Of a stretch of DNA of 64,000 bases, positions 52,540 to 64,000 are shown in pieces. The position numbers and the translations under genes were made by a program. How positions within the stretch are numbered: the first letter of the stretch is position 1; each line of letters opens with the position of its first letter. The notes under the pieces are model-generated. The model made no database searches. It worked only from the letters and a program-made list of their open reading frames with translations, and was not told the DNA's origin. The stretch lies in NCBI GenBank assembly GCA_965649825.1, contig OZ287717.1:75201-139200 (forward strand), read 5' to 3'. The DNA comes from Penicillus capitatus. Taxonomy: Eukaryota; Plantae; Chlorophyta.

Positions 52540-53379
52540 AGGAGTTTGTCGTGTGTGTTTTCTACTAATCAGAATGACCAAAACCGAGAGCCTCTTATTC
52601 TGCATCCTGGATGATCTGAGGCTGCACCAACCTTTCGAATAACGCCTTTATACAGTAATACTTTGCGTTTGTGAATGAGCAGACAAGCTTCGTTGATTTT
52701 GCGATCTGTTAGGATGTAGTTTTGGACACTCTGATGAATGTCGTTGTTTCTGCAAACACTGTCCGCGTAACAAAACTGAAGGAAACTACGTGAATGATTC
52801 GGTAACACGCCTTAGGAAAAGTACCTGTTGCTCAATGACGGTTTCTACCTTTCGACAATACGAAAGCCACAGACACTTAGTTGTTCTGTCCGTACAATAG
52901 TTGAGTCTATGCCACCAAGCGACGAGAATTTTCAATCAGCTCTCGATGACACGGCGCGAAACAAAAACTTGTGTGTTTGCATAGAGATCTTCCGCTCGCA
53001 AGGTCACAAAAATAAAGCGAAACATGGAAATTCATCTTTGCTACACTGTCAACGCAAAGCGAAACAGATTCTGGTGTTGAGCAACATTATCAGCCTGAAG
53101 AAGAGTGTTAGAGATAGAATTGCATACCAGCGTCAGCAGCATCAACGAGAAGAAAATATCAGAGAGTTCTCGCCAAGTGATCGAAACGTTCAACATTCCA
53201 CATCTTAGATAGAGGTCAGCATATAAAATAGGAACTATCTGATCCATTTAGAGCTTTTCTGCCTCCATTGAAGAGCAGTCTAGCTTGCTTGGCAGTGGAT
53301 CACCGTGAAAAGTGAGGAAAGTCATTTGACTGAACAATACCCAGATTTCCCATGGAGTTAATCCAGTAACAAAGTTCTG

Positions 53380-56300
53380 TACGGATTGATGTGCTTCTTC
53401 AAGTTGCTCCTTGAGAATCTGAATCATCCTTCGGTATCAAAACAATCAAGTACTTTCCAAAGAGTTTCCTACGCGAAATGGGAACTCTCTGAAAAGGAAG
53501 AACAGAATGAGAGCTGTTTTACTCGTAGGAAATGCGTTGTCTGTGGTTCAACGCTGCCTCGCCAGCATCGATGTACTGTGCGCGTCCTTTGAGCAGCTGT
53601 GATTCTTCTCTGCTTCGCACTCTGTCAAAGGTGTCTCCCATGATGGCGATCAGCATATTCAAAAGGACAACAGTTTCTACGAACATGTAGCAATAGAACA
53701 CAATGGTGATTGCAGTAGATTCATCTGCTCGCAGTAAATACAGCTAGAACAATGAAGTCATGTAATTCCATGATCAAGAAAGAAGAGATAATACCTCCGG
53801 TGAAAAATTGGCAAAGAGGGCACAGAACAGTGTTAAGAAGCTGTTGGGCAGTGTTCCAAAGAGTTTCTCTGCCTCTTTTTGGTGGTCAGATCCTTCGCCA
53901 TTCTCCAGAAGATGGTTGAACATGACAAAGAGCGCGAGACTAAAGCCGATGAGGATGGTGAGTGCAAGCAGCAGAAAGTGAAGACTCTCCTTGATGACGT
54001 TATTGATCATCAAAACAAGCGGACCTGTTGCCTTGAATGCTTTTGCATGATACCAGATCTGCCACAAACGACAAGGACTAAATTCCAGATAAGTACCATA
54101 TGTTGTTTACCTTGAACCAAACAAGGATAGATTCAATACCAACAAACACGGCGAGTTTTGAATTATATACCGGATTACGGTACGCAAGTGCATGAAGACT
54201 GGGAATGAACACCAACAGCGTCATGCAAGACGTCAACTGGACCCAGTTCCACTTGGAATAGAAATGGATTTTGAGACCGCGGAACTTGCTATCAACGAGC
54301 TTTTTTCCATCTTTCACCAATGATATGATCCGTTGGCACTCTTCGTGCATCATCCAAAAGGCGTATATCCACGAGAGCATCAATGACATGAATCTAAGAG
54401 TAAGAATTAGCATGTCCTTATCTTTGAAGTCGTTTTTAAAACCGATCAGTCTAGCGTAAAAACTGTAGACGAACAAAAAGGTCATGTATAAAACGGCATT
54501 GCTGTGGCGACGCTTCTTCCACAGAATACCTTCCACTTTAAGAAAATAGTCCACTTTACTGCATCGAATTTTTTGAAAAAATATCTGGCACTTTCTGAAG
54601 CAAAAGTTTCCGCAGGATGCCTTTGCTTCCTATCTGTGCAATGTCATCTAGGCATACGAGCTTCAGAGTCCCATGAACAGTGGACGCATCTCCGACATCA
54701 TTTTTCCTATCTATGGTCTTCCGATGACGATCTCGCCAGAGCGAATTGAGCTTTTCTTCGTGCAAGAGACTCCATTCCATAACTATATCCACTGTCTCTA
54801 TATGAAGTCCGGGGTGGCCCACTTCAGAGAAGAAGTCTTCGTGAGCATTCAGCTTAGACATGTCCACTATCAATGTGTTGCTGGAGAGGACGTCTTTGAT
54901 GATGTCGGGATACAGAATCCGAACGTCGACAAAGATATCCTTCAGGATGGCAGCTCCATGATTGATGGAGAGATAGCGTTGGCAAATCAAAGACATTACT
55001 TCCTTCGTGTAGTCTTTGCTGTGTAGGAATTTATTTCTAAAAGTGTCATGCAGTGGTTGCATGGATGTGCTAGAGCTGATCGGCGAAAGCATGCACAGCA
55101 TTGAATGCCCAAATCTGTGGTCTCTTGAGACGTTCTTTATGGTCTGGATTATCAGATTGTCCTTTTCCAGGTAGGCTGCCTCTAACGTGGACAGCCCAGT
55201 AACACCAGGCATGTTGCAGATTCCCACTCCGTAGTGGCTATAGAACCTAAATCAACCCAGATCTGCAGCAATCCACTGTTTGAGCATAGCAACTCACTCA
55301 TGAGAACATCTGGTCGTTTCTTCGGTGTTGCCATCAACTGTGAGTTTCAATTTACGTTCATCGGGAAGACAGCCCTCGGCATCATACGGGGTCAGTAAAC
55401 AGATTGGGCTTCCCTGATCCTTCTCCCAAGCGCCGTTGGCATGTATGATACAGTTACCGTTAAGGGAGAAAGAGAAAAAGAGAGATGTCATCAGTTCATC
55501 TCTTTCTGGCCCCATATCAATCGAAAGCATATGCATTGTGGTTTCCTCTGCAGAAAGCGCTCGTGTCAAATCAGGAAGATGCCAGATGTCCTTAGCATAC
55601 CAGCAATCTTGTAGACGCCGATGGATGATTTGCAGTTGCTTTCTTTGTGGATGCTGGCATAAGCAATCCATTCCCCGTCGTGTGAGATGGCACAGTCGAA
55701 GGAGATGTTTCCACCCACTTCCTCGATCCTGCTTGCCACATCAAGATCGGTCATCTCCGGTGTGATGACCAAGTGTTTTTGGGTGATCTCATTCCAGCCG
55801 ATCAAAACTCTCTTTCCATCATCCGAAATCTTGCGATGGCGCTTTAGGACTGACCGTCATTCATCTGGATCAAACTGACTGATTGTTGTTGCGAAATTTG
55901 ATCTGTAAGGAATGTTCCTCCAAGTTGAGCGCTTAAAATCGAAGACATGAACTTGCACAGTGTCCAGTAAAAGCACATTTCTTCCGAGCGTCTGCGATAA
56001 AGACAGACATGGAGCTTTGAAAACGCGGTGGAATCTCTCCAGACTCTCAACTGCGGATTCCATTTGACGACTACTGAAATCTGAACAGTAGATGATTTGG
56101 CCATTCATACATGTGATGAATAATATGTCTTCCGAAACATCCGGTGATTTGACAAGGAAGATATTCCTAGGGAAGACTTCTTGAGCATTTGTCCTTCGTC
56201 TGATGCAAACAAGACGCTGCAACAGTAATGCTTTCTTGTAAACGTCCTCGTCATTTTTATCCAATTGCTCTTCTGTAACAAAAACCTTGAAGTTCCCATC

Positions 56301-57700
56301 ACAGTTGGCGATAAAGGCTATCCTGCGTCCGTCTGCTGACACAGCTGCGTCGAGTATTTCTCTTCTTTGCTTGAGATCCTCAGGCAGTAAAACTTAGTTC
56401 TCCGATTCTGAGGCCCATGCTAGGAGATCGGAAATTTATTTTGCCAAAGCTTTTCCCTTAAGGTGGTAATAATCTTCGAGACACGAACAACGAAAGTCGT
56501 CATTCGATTCGGCTTCTTGAAGATGGGGTCGATATCTGACGCTGCATGCAGAATGACATTTCAAACAAGGAGGTGCAAATGCCAAGATTACCTCTTCTCC
56601 CATAACCATCACTCTGCATTCAGACTTGTCAAATGTGCAGGTGTTTACAGTACGAAATGGATTGCTTCTCATGGACGGTGGCAATCTACATTGCCACAGT
56701 GTAGCTCCAGACGTCAGTGATACCATGACGATGGCTTCGAATCTCCAGGAGAAGAAGGCAGCTATTGTGAGGTCGCTGCTGACAGCAAACTTGGGATAGA
56801 CGATGTCAGCCACTTTGTTGAGGTAACACTCTTCGCTCATCTTATCATCTACCATTCCACTCTCGAGCAAAGAGTCGAGCTTTTCTTCGTCAATTGCCCA
56901 TTGTCTCACTTCGCTTACTGTGAAGATCTCATCCGGGCATTCGGCAGGAACTGGCACGTAGACTTCAGTGCATACGACGTCCTGTTCCGCATTCCACAGA
57001 AGGAGACGTCTCCTCGAAAGGTCGAATGTTTCGTAGATGGCCACGATGAGTCCTTCACATGTGGAACACTGATCCAGAATCTGAGCATCCCAAGCAAGCA
57101 GTCCACGATGGAGTGTACGTCTGGCGAAGACTTTTGATCCTTGGGGTTTGAGATCTGATGTCCTGTAGATCTCAAGCGTAGGGCCATGGTCGTCTGTCGA
57201 TTTCTTCCAAAGCAACAGATAATTCCCTTCTCTGCCCCAAGTCCCGAAAAGGCCGTCAAGTACAACTGGAGCACTCTTCGAGCTTGGAATTGCAGGATCC
57301 GTTCCGCTGAAAACGCAAGATTCGGTTTTTCTCTCGATCGTAGTCACCTTAACGAAATGCAGCACTGGCCAGACAACAATCTGTGTGGCTTCATCTAGAC
57401 AAAAATCACTGTCATCATTGACAGTCCGTGTTTGTACCGCGTCACTTTGGCAAAAGGTCATCACACTTTGGCCGTTGCTCGAAAGTAACGGAACAGTCAG
57501 ATTATGATGTTCAGATGACAGCTCGACGGCATCCATTGACAACGCGTCATGAACGTGGTATACCCAGAAGACGACTTTATCTTCACGTCGCATTGCGAAG
57601 GCAAACGTTCTGTCATCTCTTGAGATCTGCCAAGCAGTTCCCGGGGAAAGATTGAGCGTGACTCGGAGTCTTCATGCATCTCTATGCCGCTTGGTCACCA
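53380..57700 (-). pseudogene. TRP-like cation channel with beta-propeller-like N-terminus, disrupted (cassette copy A)
   Basis: Channel motifs WNWVQL, YHAKAFKATGPLVLMI, pore helix FGTLPNSFLTLF, S6 VVLLNMLIAIMGDTFDRV; WD40-like blades (AAVSADGRRIAF, AISHDGEWIAY). In-frame stops TAA 56438-56436, TAA 56396-56394, TGA 55859-55857 and frameshift(s) near 54,520-54,580. Ends approximate. Confidence 0.75.
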
Positions 57701-59295
57701 AGAAGCCTGCTCTCTCATGTGCTGTCTCTGATCCGTCTTGTTCGATCGAAAACTCTTTTAGAATTCCGCCATCGCCGACGGCTAAAAGCGAGTGTATGAG
57801 ACCATCCATGAAACTCAGACACTGAACGTTTTCCGCGAAGAGTTCTACAAGCTCTACGATAAGGAAGTAATTCGCGGCATTCCACAACCTACACACAACA
57901 GCACTTTCGGCAAACTTTCATCTTTATGTTTTGTTTACGAGATCTTGCCCCTGAAATCGCCAGTGGCAAACAGCGTCCCGTCTTCGGAGAGGCGTAACAT
58001 GTGAACCGCCTTCCCACATCGGAACGCGTCACAAACGTTGGCACGCCATTAACGTATTCGTAGTCATCTAAGAACGAAAGCCAACGACCTGAAACCGTAT
58101 GCACATGTAGCCTCTGTGGTGAGCCGAGGCGCTTTTCGTCTGCATCACTTTTGACGGAACATTTGGTCAGAAGACGTTGTCTTCCGACAAAACGTATCGG
58201 CACGCCTGGCGCTGATTCTTCGGCGTTCTGCTCTGTTTTTCGACTTGTATCTCGCTCAATGAAGGCGTGTTCATTTCCGTTGTCAAAACCGAAGAAATAT
58301 GTCGCCGGGTGAATTAACAATGACGCCGAATGCACAATGTCAGAAATCGATGCCGTTTGTTCATGCTTACTTAGTCAATAGGCAGCATCTGTCTTGTCGC
58401 GTGCCCGACGTACGACGTACTGCAAACCTCTGCCATCGATGGTTATGTTGCTCAAAACTCTAATAGGACAGAATTGTGGTATGCAGATGAGGATGCATCC
58501 ACACGCTGTCGTTTTAAACAATAGGAAGTCCATATTGATGATGTTCCGATCATGTAGACTTACTATTCAGTTAGCTGGTTGTTTCTAGTGAAGACCACTT
58601 TCAATAGAGATGTCACAGAAATGGTGCTCGATCCACAGTGGTAGTCGATGCGTTTCAATGCGAGCTTTCATCTTGGCGGCACATCGTCCAGTTTCCAGAG
58701 TTTGAATGTCTTCTCTGAGCATTCGAACAGTGACCTCTCTTTTTAAATGCTGTTAGTGGACAGCACGTTCTTGACAGTTCTGGTTAACAAAGTAGTGGAA
58801 AAGCGACCGCGTTTTAGATGCTTGTACCGTAATGGACGGACGCTATGTCCACCTCCTACGACAAGTCTTTTGGTGTTAAGGCCTGTCCAGAATCACGTTT
58901 TGATTACGAGAGAAGTAGATTCCACTTCCTTCTCTGTGAAACGCCAAGGCGAGATAAGAGACGACGGTTACCATTCTCGCCGTTGACGGAGATAGACTTT
59001 GCTTTATATCACAGTTTCCCTGAACGAGATGGGCTTCCTGTCGAAGAAAGGACGTGTAGACAAGGATCGAGAATGAGGGCGTTATAATAATTATAGACCA
59101 TCATTGATTAGGGTGATCTGTGCATTTGACACAAAACGCGATAAGCAGCAGTAACGGGTTCTTCCGACGGATTCTATTGTTCTGTCGGACCTGCGCGAAA
59201 GAGTCGCGCGTCTGGTCGATTGCTACCACTTTGCTTAGAACCTTGCGCGTTACTAATTTCATCACTCCCATCCTACTCGTCCAGTTATTGAGGAA

Positions 59296-62200
59296 ATGGA
59301 TTTTGCACCGAGACTGACTGTCGACCGCGCGGATATTGTTCAAGATGAACAGACTCCGAGTGAAGGAACACCAACCGGTCCGTCACCGACACACAAGCAA
59401 AGACGAGAACCTTTTCTTGAGTATCTTAGCGACACGGAAAAAGACTGTTTTGAAGGTAAACGATTTCCTACGTTTCGAACGGCACTCTATGAACGCAAGT
59501 CCTTAGAAATTTCAGACCTATCCATAGGGAGCTTGTCGTCTCCTGAGTGTTTGCGTTTCTATACAGACAGTGCGATAGCAGAGTCATCGATGATAACGGA
59601 ATTTTCGCCACCGGCTTACCGGAGAACACCCTTGTCACCGAAAAATGCATCGAGGATGGCGAGGAAATACATTTCAACATCGTCCACGACATCGGTGCCG
59701 CAATTTGAGGGAATAGAAGATATCCGGATATCGAAGAACATGATGTCGAAATCAAATGCACAAGATAAACGTGAGTCTCCTTTTCTTCGCCAGGGAGTAA
59801 AACTCGAAATGAGCAACAGATCTGCCATCCATGCCGCTATACGGGCAGTCATCCATGCCGCTATACGGGCAGTCATCCATGCCGCTATACGGGCAGTCAT
59901 CCATGCCGCTATACGGGCAGTCATCCATGCCGCTATACGGGCAGTCATCCATGCCGCTATACGGGCAGTCATCCATGCCGCTATACGGGCAGTCATCCAT
60001 TAAACAGCGTCAGAAAAAAACGCGCCCTCCGGTGTGCCTTACGTTTTTGATGACACTCACTGTGCTTGCTAGATGCGCAACTCCAGGTGACGGATGCAAC
60101 TGCACTGCCAGATGTGCCTGATAGCCGTGAACATGTTTCCGGTGACGTCGCTGGTGTGACCATCGTTTCTCGTGTCGTTGAGTTTCTTGACAACAGCAGC
60201 GATCCAGAAGAGTCCTTCGACAAACAGAAAACACCAGATGCAGTTCGGCTGTATGATGACGAGCTAGGCAATGCATATATTTTCGACTGGCCAGCTGACA
60301 AAGTTGGACGCCTTGTTCTGACTCTCGACAGACCAGCGTCTGCCTCCTCCGGGATCCAAGTACAGCAGGTGCTGGGCCGATGTCGAGACGATACCTACAC
60401 GCCACTGATATTTCTCGCAAAGAAAGATACTCAAGGACGAACAGAGCTCATCGTCTTGCTCGACCCAAGAAATCCAGATTTACATCTATCAACCCTTCTT
60501 TCTGACAAACCTGAAAGAAACGAAACAAAATACGTTCCGATCCACATCAAGATCAAGTTTGTTATCGACATGCATCCGGGCAACGTTTTCCGACTCGAAG
60601 AAACAGTATACTGCCAAACCCAAAGAAAAGGACAATCCGCTCCTTCAGAATTGGCCCGTAAAGAAAGAAGCGGAATGCAGACTCAGACAGATACGTCGCC
60701 GGTCATCGATGAGGAAGGTAGCGGCAAACACGAAGCACCTAGTCTGACACTTGAGTCCATCGATCGGCAGACTCCAGCAGTTCCAAGTTCCGCGGTGGTC
60801 CATCCTTCTGCAGTTACGTCGGTTTCAAATGCATGAGAACTGAGATCACGTGTGATGCTGTACTAGGATGAAGAAGATAAGAGCAACGATAGTTCTCAGG
60901 GACCATCGAGGAGCTTCTTTGACAACAGTCAACGTATACCGCACACAGCGGTTTCCTCCAGAGATCAAGTTCCGACAGAACAGCCATCAGACAACGAAGC
61001 TCATACATCTTCGGAGGAAGTAAACCATTCTGGAGATTTTCGTTTGTAACTTGGAGTTGTAGATGACCGTTTCTGATAGTCAACCATTGTTATCCAAGCC
61101 ACGAAGCCGATCATCATCAACTAGTTTACGGAATACAAACAGAAAATGTCCATTCGAGAAATTATTATTGCCTGCTTCCACATCATCTCCGGTGTCCGAT
61201 GGACTCTTTCTTTGTTCACCGTCACCTCGGGATCTTCATGCACCGGGGCCCGAGAAGTCACTTAGACATTGGATGACAGAAAAGCCAGCAGAATTGGCGT
61301 CAAGAAAAGCTCTTTTGTTTGATGTAATGCCTCGTTGGACTCAATCAACTGTGCTCAGGAATTGATGTTTCAAAGGTGATTCAAGGTCTGGATCGAATTC
61401 ACATGCAAGGAGAAGTCCACGGTGACCTGAGACCTGAAAACATTGTGTGGAGTGGAAGAAGATTACAATGGATGATCCTGTTCCCGTGTCCACAAAGATC
61501 ACTCGATCCATTAACCTCGTCCCGACCATCCACTGATTACACAGCACCTGAAGCCCTCAGTGCTGGAGAGATCACGACCGATTTATCTTTCGCGATCGAC
61601 ATGTGGTCTTACGGAATTATCGCCTTTGAGGTCATTACAGGTCAGTCCTCTTCTGATACTACCAGGTCCTCACATGCTCCGGACGCGGTCTTCAGGCGTT
61701 CCGTTCTTCGCCACGATGCCCAATCTCTCGCCCAAGGATCTGACATCCAGAGACATTGTTAGGCGCATAAGCATCATCGACGATTCCGATACACGCAGCT
61801 TTCTCTCAGGTTTGATCACCCTGGATAAAAGAACCAGATTGTTTGCAGCCAGCGCTGCTCTGAGTCCATTTTTCACAAGGACTCGGAAAACAATCTTAGT
61901 TGAACATCAACAAAACAAAGTCTTTATGCTGCAGCCACAGGCATTCTTCAACGTTGTTTTGTTTCAGGAAATCGGAAGCAAAAGCGACGTGGTCCGTTTG
62001 ACCAACAGCACTGTCAATACTCCAGATGATATCATTCATGATTCTGTGGCCGTTGTCTCGATCGTAGTCGAGAAGCACTTCGCTCCACGAGATCCTGGCG
62101 ATCGACTTGGAATACTCAATGGCCGAGCGGTGCCGATGGATCTGGATAGATTCTTCTATCCTGCAGAACCAATATTCTTGCTGCACATCCGCAAAACACA

Positions 62201-62654
62201 TCAGATTCGTATTCGCATGGAGTGTCATGGAGTGTCTCTTTCGACTGCCGTGCAAGTGATTCATGTGAAGCTCACACCTCCAGATGCCGAAAGGCAAGAA
62301 TTGGATGTAATCGAAAGCCATAGCTTTGAAGACGGATTTGAAGTGCTCGCTTTACTGGATCCGAGTAGAATGCACTCCAAGAAGCTGTGCAGCCTTACGC
62401 CCGATTCTGGCTACCAAAATAAACGATACGTTCACCTGTTAGTTGAAATCAAATTCTCCGTGGATCCATCAAACAACACCTTCGTTATCCTTAAAGGCAC
62501 TCTGATCTGCAGAGTGGTTTCAGACAATGTTGAGTTTCCAAAGCGGAATTTTGATGAACAACACAAACGATCAGAAGCAAGACTGCCATCCTGGATGCAT
62601 CGCTCTGTTTTCGGAGCGTCTTTTGTTCTAGATAGTGTTCCATACATCGCATGA
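59296..62654 (+). CDS. C-lobe-only kinase-like protein flanked by two copies of a beta-rich domain (cassette copy B), 6 exons
   Basis: Exons ~59296-59770, 60073-~60811, ~60868-61019, 61063-61323, 61377-61640, 61696-62654, all phase-compatible GT-AG. VHGDLRPENIVW...STDYTAPE...IDMWSYGIIAFEVITG; C-terminal domain homologous to that of copy A. Confidence 0.75.
59826..60000. repeat. Perfect 24-bp minisatellite (CATCCATGCCGCTATACGGGCAGT) x7.3, intronic
   Basis: 175 bp = 7 full units + CATCCAT, lying between donor C|GTGAGT (59771) and acceptor CTAG| (60072). Confidence 0.97.
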
Positions 62655-63490
62655 ACACTTTTATAACAATAACGTCTTAAAGTGGAAAGAATGGCGACTG
62701 TCATTGGTGTTGGTTTCGTGATCTCTCTGCTGTGTTGCTGTCTGCAAGATGTGGCCCGGGATTCTATCGGCTACCATAATGGATTCAACCGTGGAAGTTG
62801 TATTAACCGGAGAGATGACTCAAGTCTTGCCTGTCTCGTGTTTGAACTAGGAAACTCCCCTGCTCTTTGGCTACCTAATGCTGTCTGTTTCGCAATCTAG
62901 CGTTCCAATACAGCGTTATTTCTAAACTTAGTGCTGTTTCTTAGTCTGTGTATTTTGGAATTCTTAAAAACGCAGAAGTACAATCGATCTACTTCATCTC
63001 GCACTACATTCATTAACGCTTATCATCTGTCGAATCTTGACATCATCCGTTGTTTAACTCACAGTTGGGTAATTTGTGATCAACTCTCGCGAACACAATG
63101 AATAGTAATCCATAAACTATGATATCAGAGTCAGCAATATGTGTTCGTAGTTGCATCACACATCTCTTTTTATTACGCAGTAAAACACATGCAAAGCTGC
63201 GGATAGAATGGACTAATTAAATACTTGCTTAGCAAGACTCTTCTATTAGCAAACTTCAAAAACAAGATAGGATTCGTGCAAATCTAGAAAAGGACCAGTA
63301 ATCACTCTTCTTCCATGTGTCTTTTCCTACTGCAGTCTAAGTAACCCAAGTTTGCATATCGGAAGGAACAATTAAGCGCCTGGGAGTACAAGCCCAACAT
63401 CAGTCACAGTTCCTATTCACGTTACACCGACAAGTCGATTATCGGTGTGCACTCTCTGGTGTTTGTTAAACATGGAGAAATGGCATCTGT

Positions 63491-64000
63491 TTACGCGTTT
63501 TCTTCTTGTTCTGTTCTCTCCCCAAGTGTTCCGAGACTTCTTCGAATTGTTTTCTTCAGTTCACCAAGTTCTGATCTTTGTCTCCTGTCCTGGTTTCTGA
63601 AAGCTGTTTCCATCATTTCTCTGATGGCAGTGATTCTACCACTCCATTCCCCTTCTTCATCACTGTTGATTTTGGCTGATTCATCTGCATCGCGAACCAA
63701 CACAAGCAAGTACTTCTTGATCAGTTTCCTGAGATAAACACGAACTCAAGAGACTCCTAAACTTAATGACAACTGCTTACTGGTATGCAATGCGTTGCCT
63801 GTGGTTCAACGCTGCCTCCCCAGCATCGATGTACTTTGCTCGTCCTTTGAGCAGCTGCGATTCCTCTCTGCTCCGCACCTTGTCAAAGGTGTCTCCCATG
63901 ATGGCAATCAGCAGATTCAGCAAGACAACGGTCTCCAAGAAGATGTAGGAGACGAATGTGAGCGTGATGAGCATGGAGACGTTGTTCGTTAGCAAGAACA
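63491..64000 (-). CDS. 3' end of TRP-like channel (cassette copy B), truncated by window end
   Basis: S6/TRP-domain region ETVVLLNLLIAIMGDTFDKVRSREESQLLKGRAKYID, nearly identical in protein to copy A. Intron after AYQ at the same position; last exon KLIKKYLLVLV...EQEENA* is open. Confidence 0.8.

Noticed and set aside
55857-56438. Non-standard genetic code (TAA/TAG = Gln, known in some ulvophytes) explaining in-frame stops in the TRP gene
   Set aside because: One interrupting stop is TGA and there are frameshifts too. Conserved genes here encode Gln with CAA/CAG and end in TAA (CPDase), TAG (NEK) or TGA (RPN11).
59296-60003. (IHAAIRAV)n repeat protein
   Set aside because: The repeat lies inside a phase-compatible intron (59771-60072); kept only as a possible retention isoform.
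15720-64000. Transposable elements, viral inserts, tRNA or rRNA genes
   Set aside because: No transposase, RT, integrase or capsid motifs, terminal repeats or tRNA/rRNA-like sequence recognised by eye. A tRNAscan/Infernal/RepeatModeler run would be needed to exclude them fully.

Overview
Eukaryotic nuclear DNA, not prokaryotic. Genes are split by very short (mostly ~40-62 nt) spliceosomal introns, use the standard code, and point to a compact-genome green alga (MLO, PPR proteins, plant-type RsgA and CPDase, transit-peptide-like N-termini); the genus cannot be fixed from sequence alone. The window has three zones. (1) 1-~15,700: a GC/CpG-rich 329-bp satellite (~48 monomers, running off the left edge) with higher-order structure; candidate centromeric DNA. 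(2) ~18-49.4 kb: very gene-dense region with MLO, CTU1, RPN11, a cyclic phosphodiesterase, three paralogous plastid-type membrane-protein loci (middle one decayed), PDH E1-beta, a NEK kinase, coiled-coil proteins, a Dicer-like gene, an SH3BGR-like gene, two PPR genes and RsgA. (3) 49.6-64 kb: a tandemly duplicated (~10.2-kb period) convergent gene pair, 'C-lobe-only kinase-like protein + TRP-like channel'; the first channel copy has a beta-propeller-like N-terminus and is a pseudogene. Top observations: a helicase-less Dicer whose RNase IIIa site is intact but whose RNase IIIb site lacks 3 of 4 catalytic carboxylates; the duplicated half-kinase/TRP cassette with an unrecognised beta-rich domain; satellite higher-order repeats; and several GC-AG introns. 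All exon models and alignments were traced by eye and need RNA-seq/HMM confirmation.
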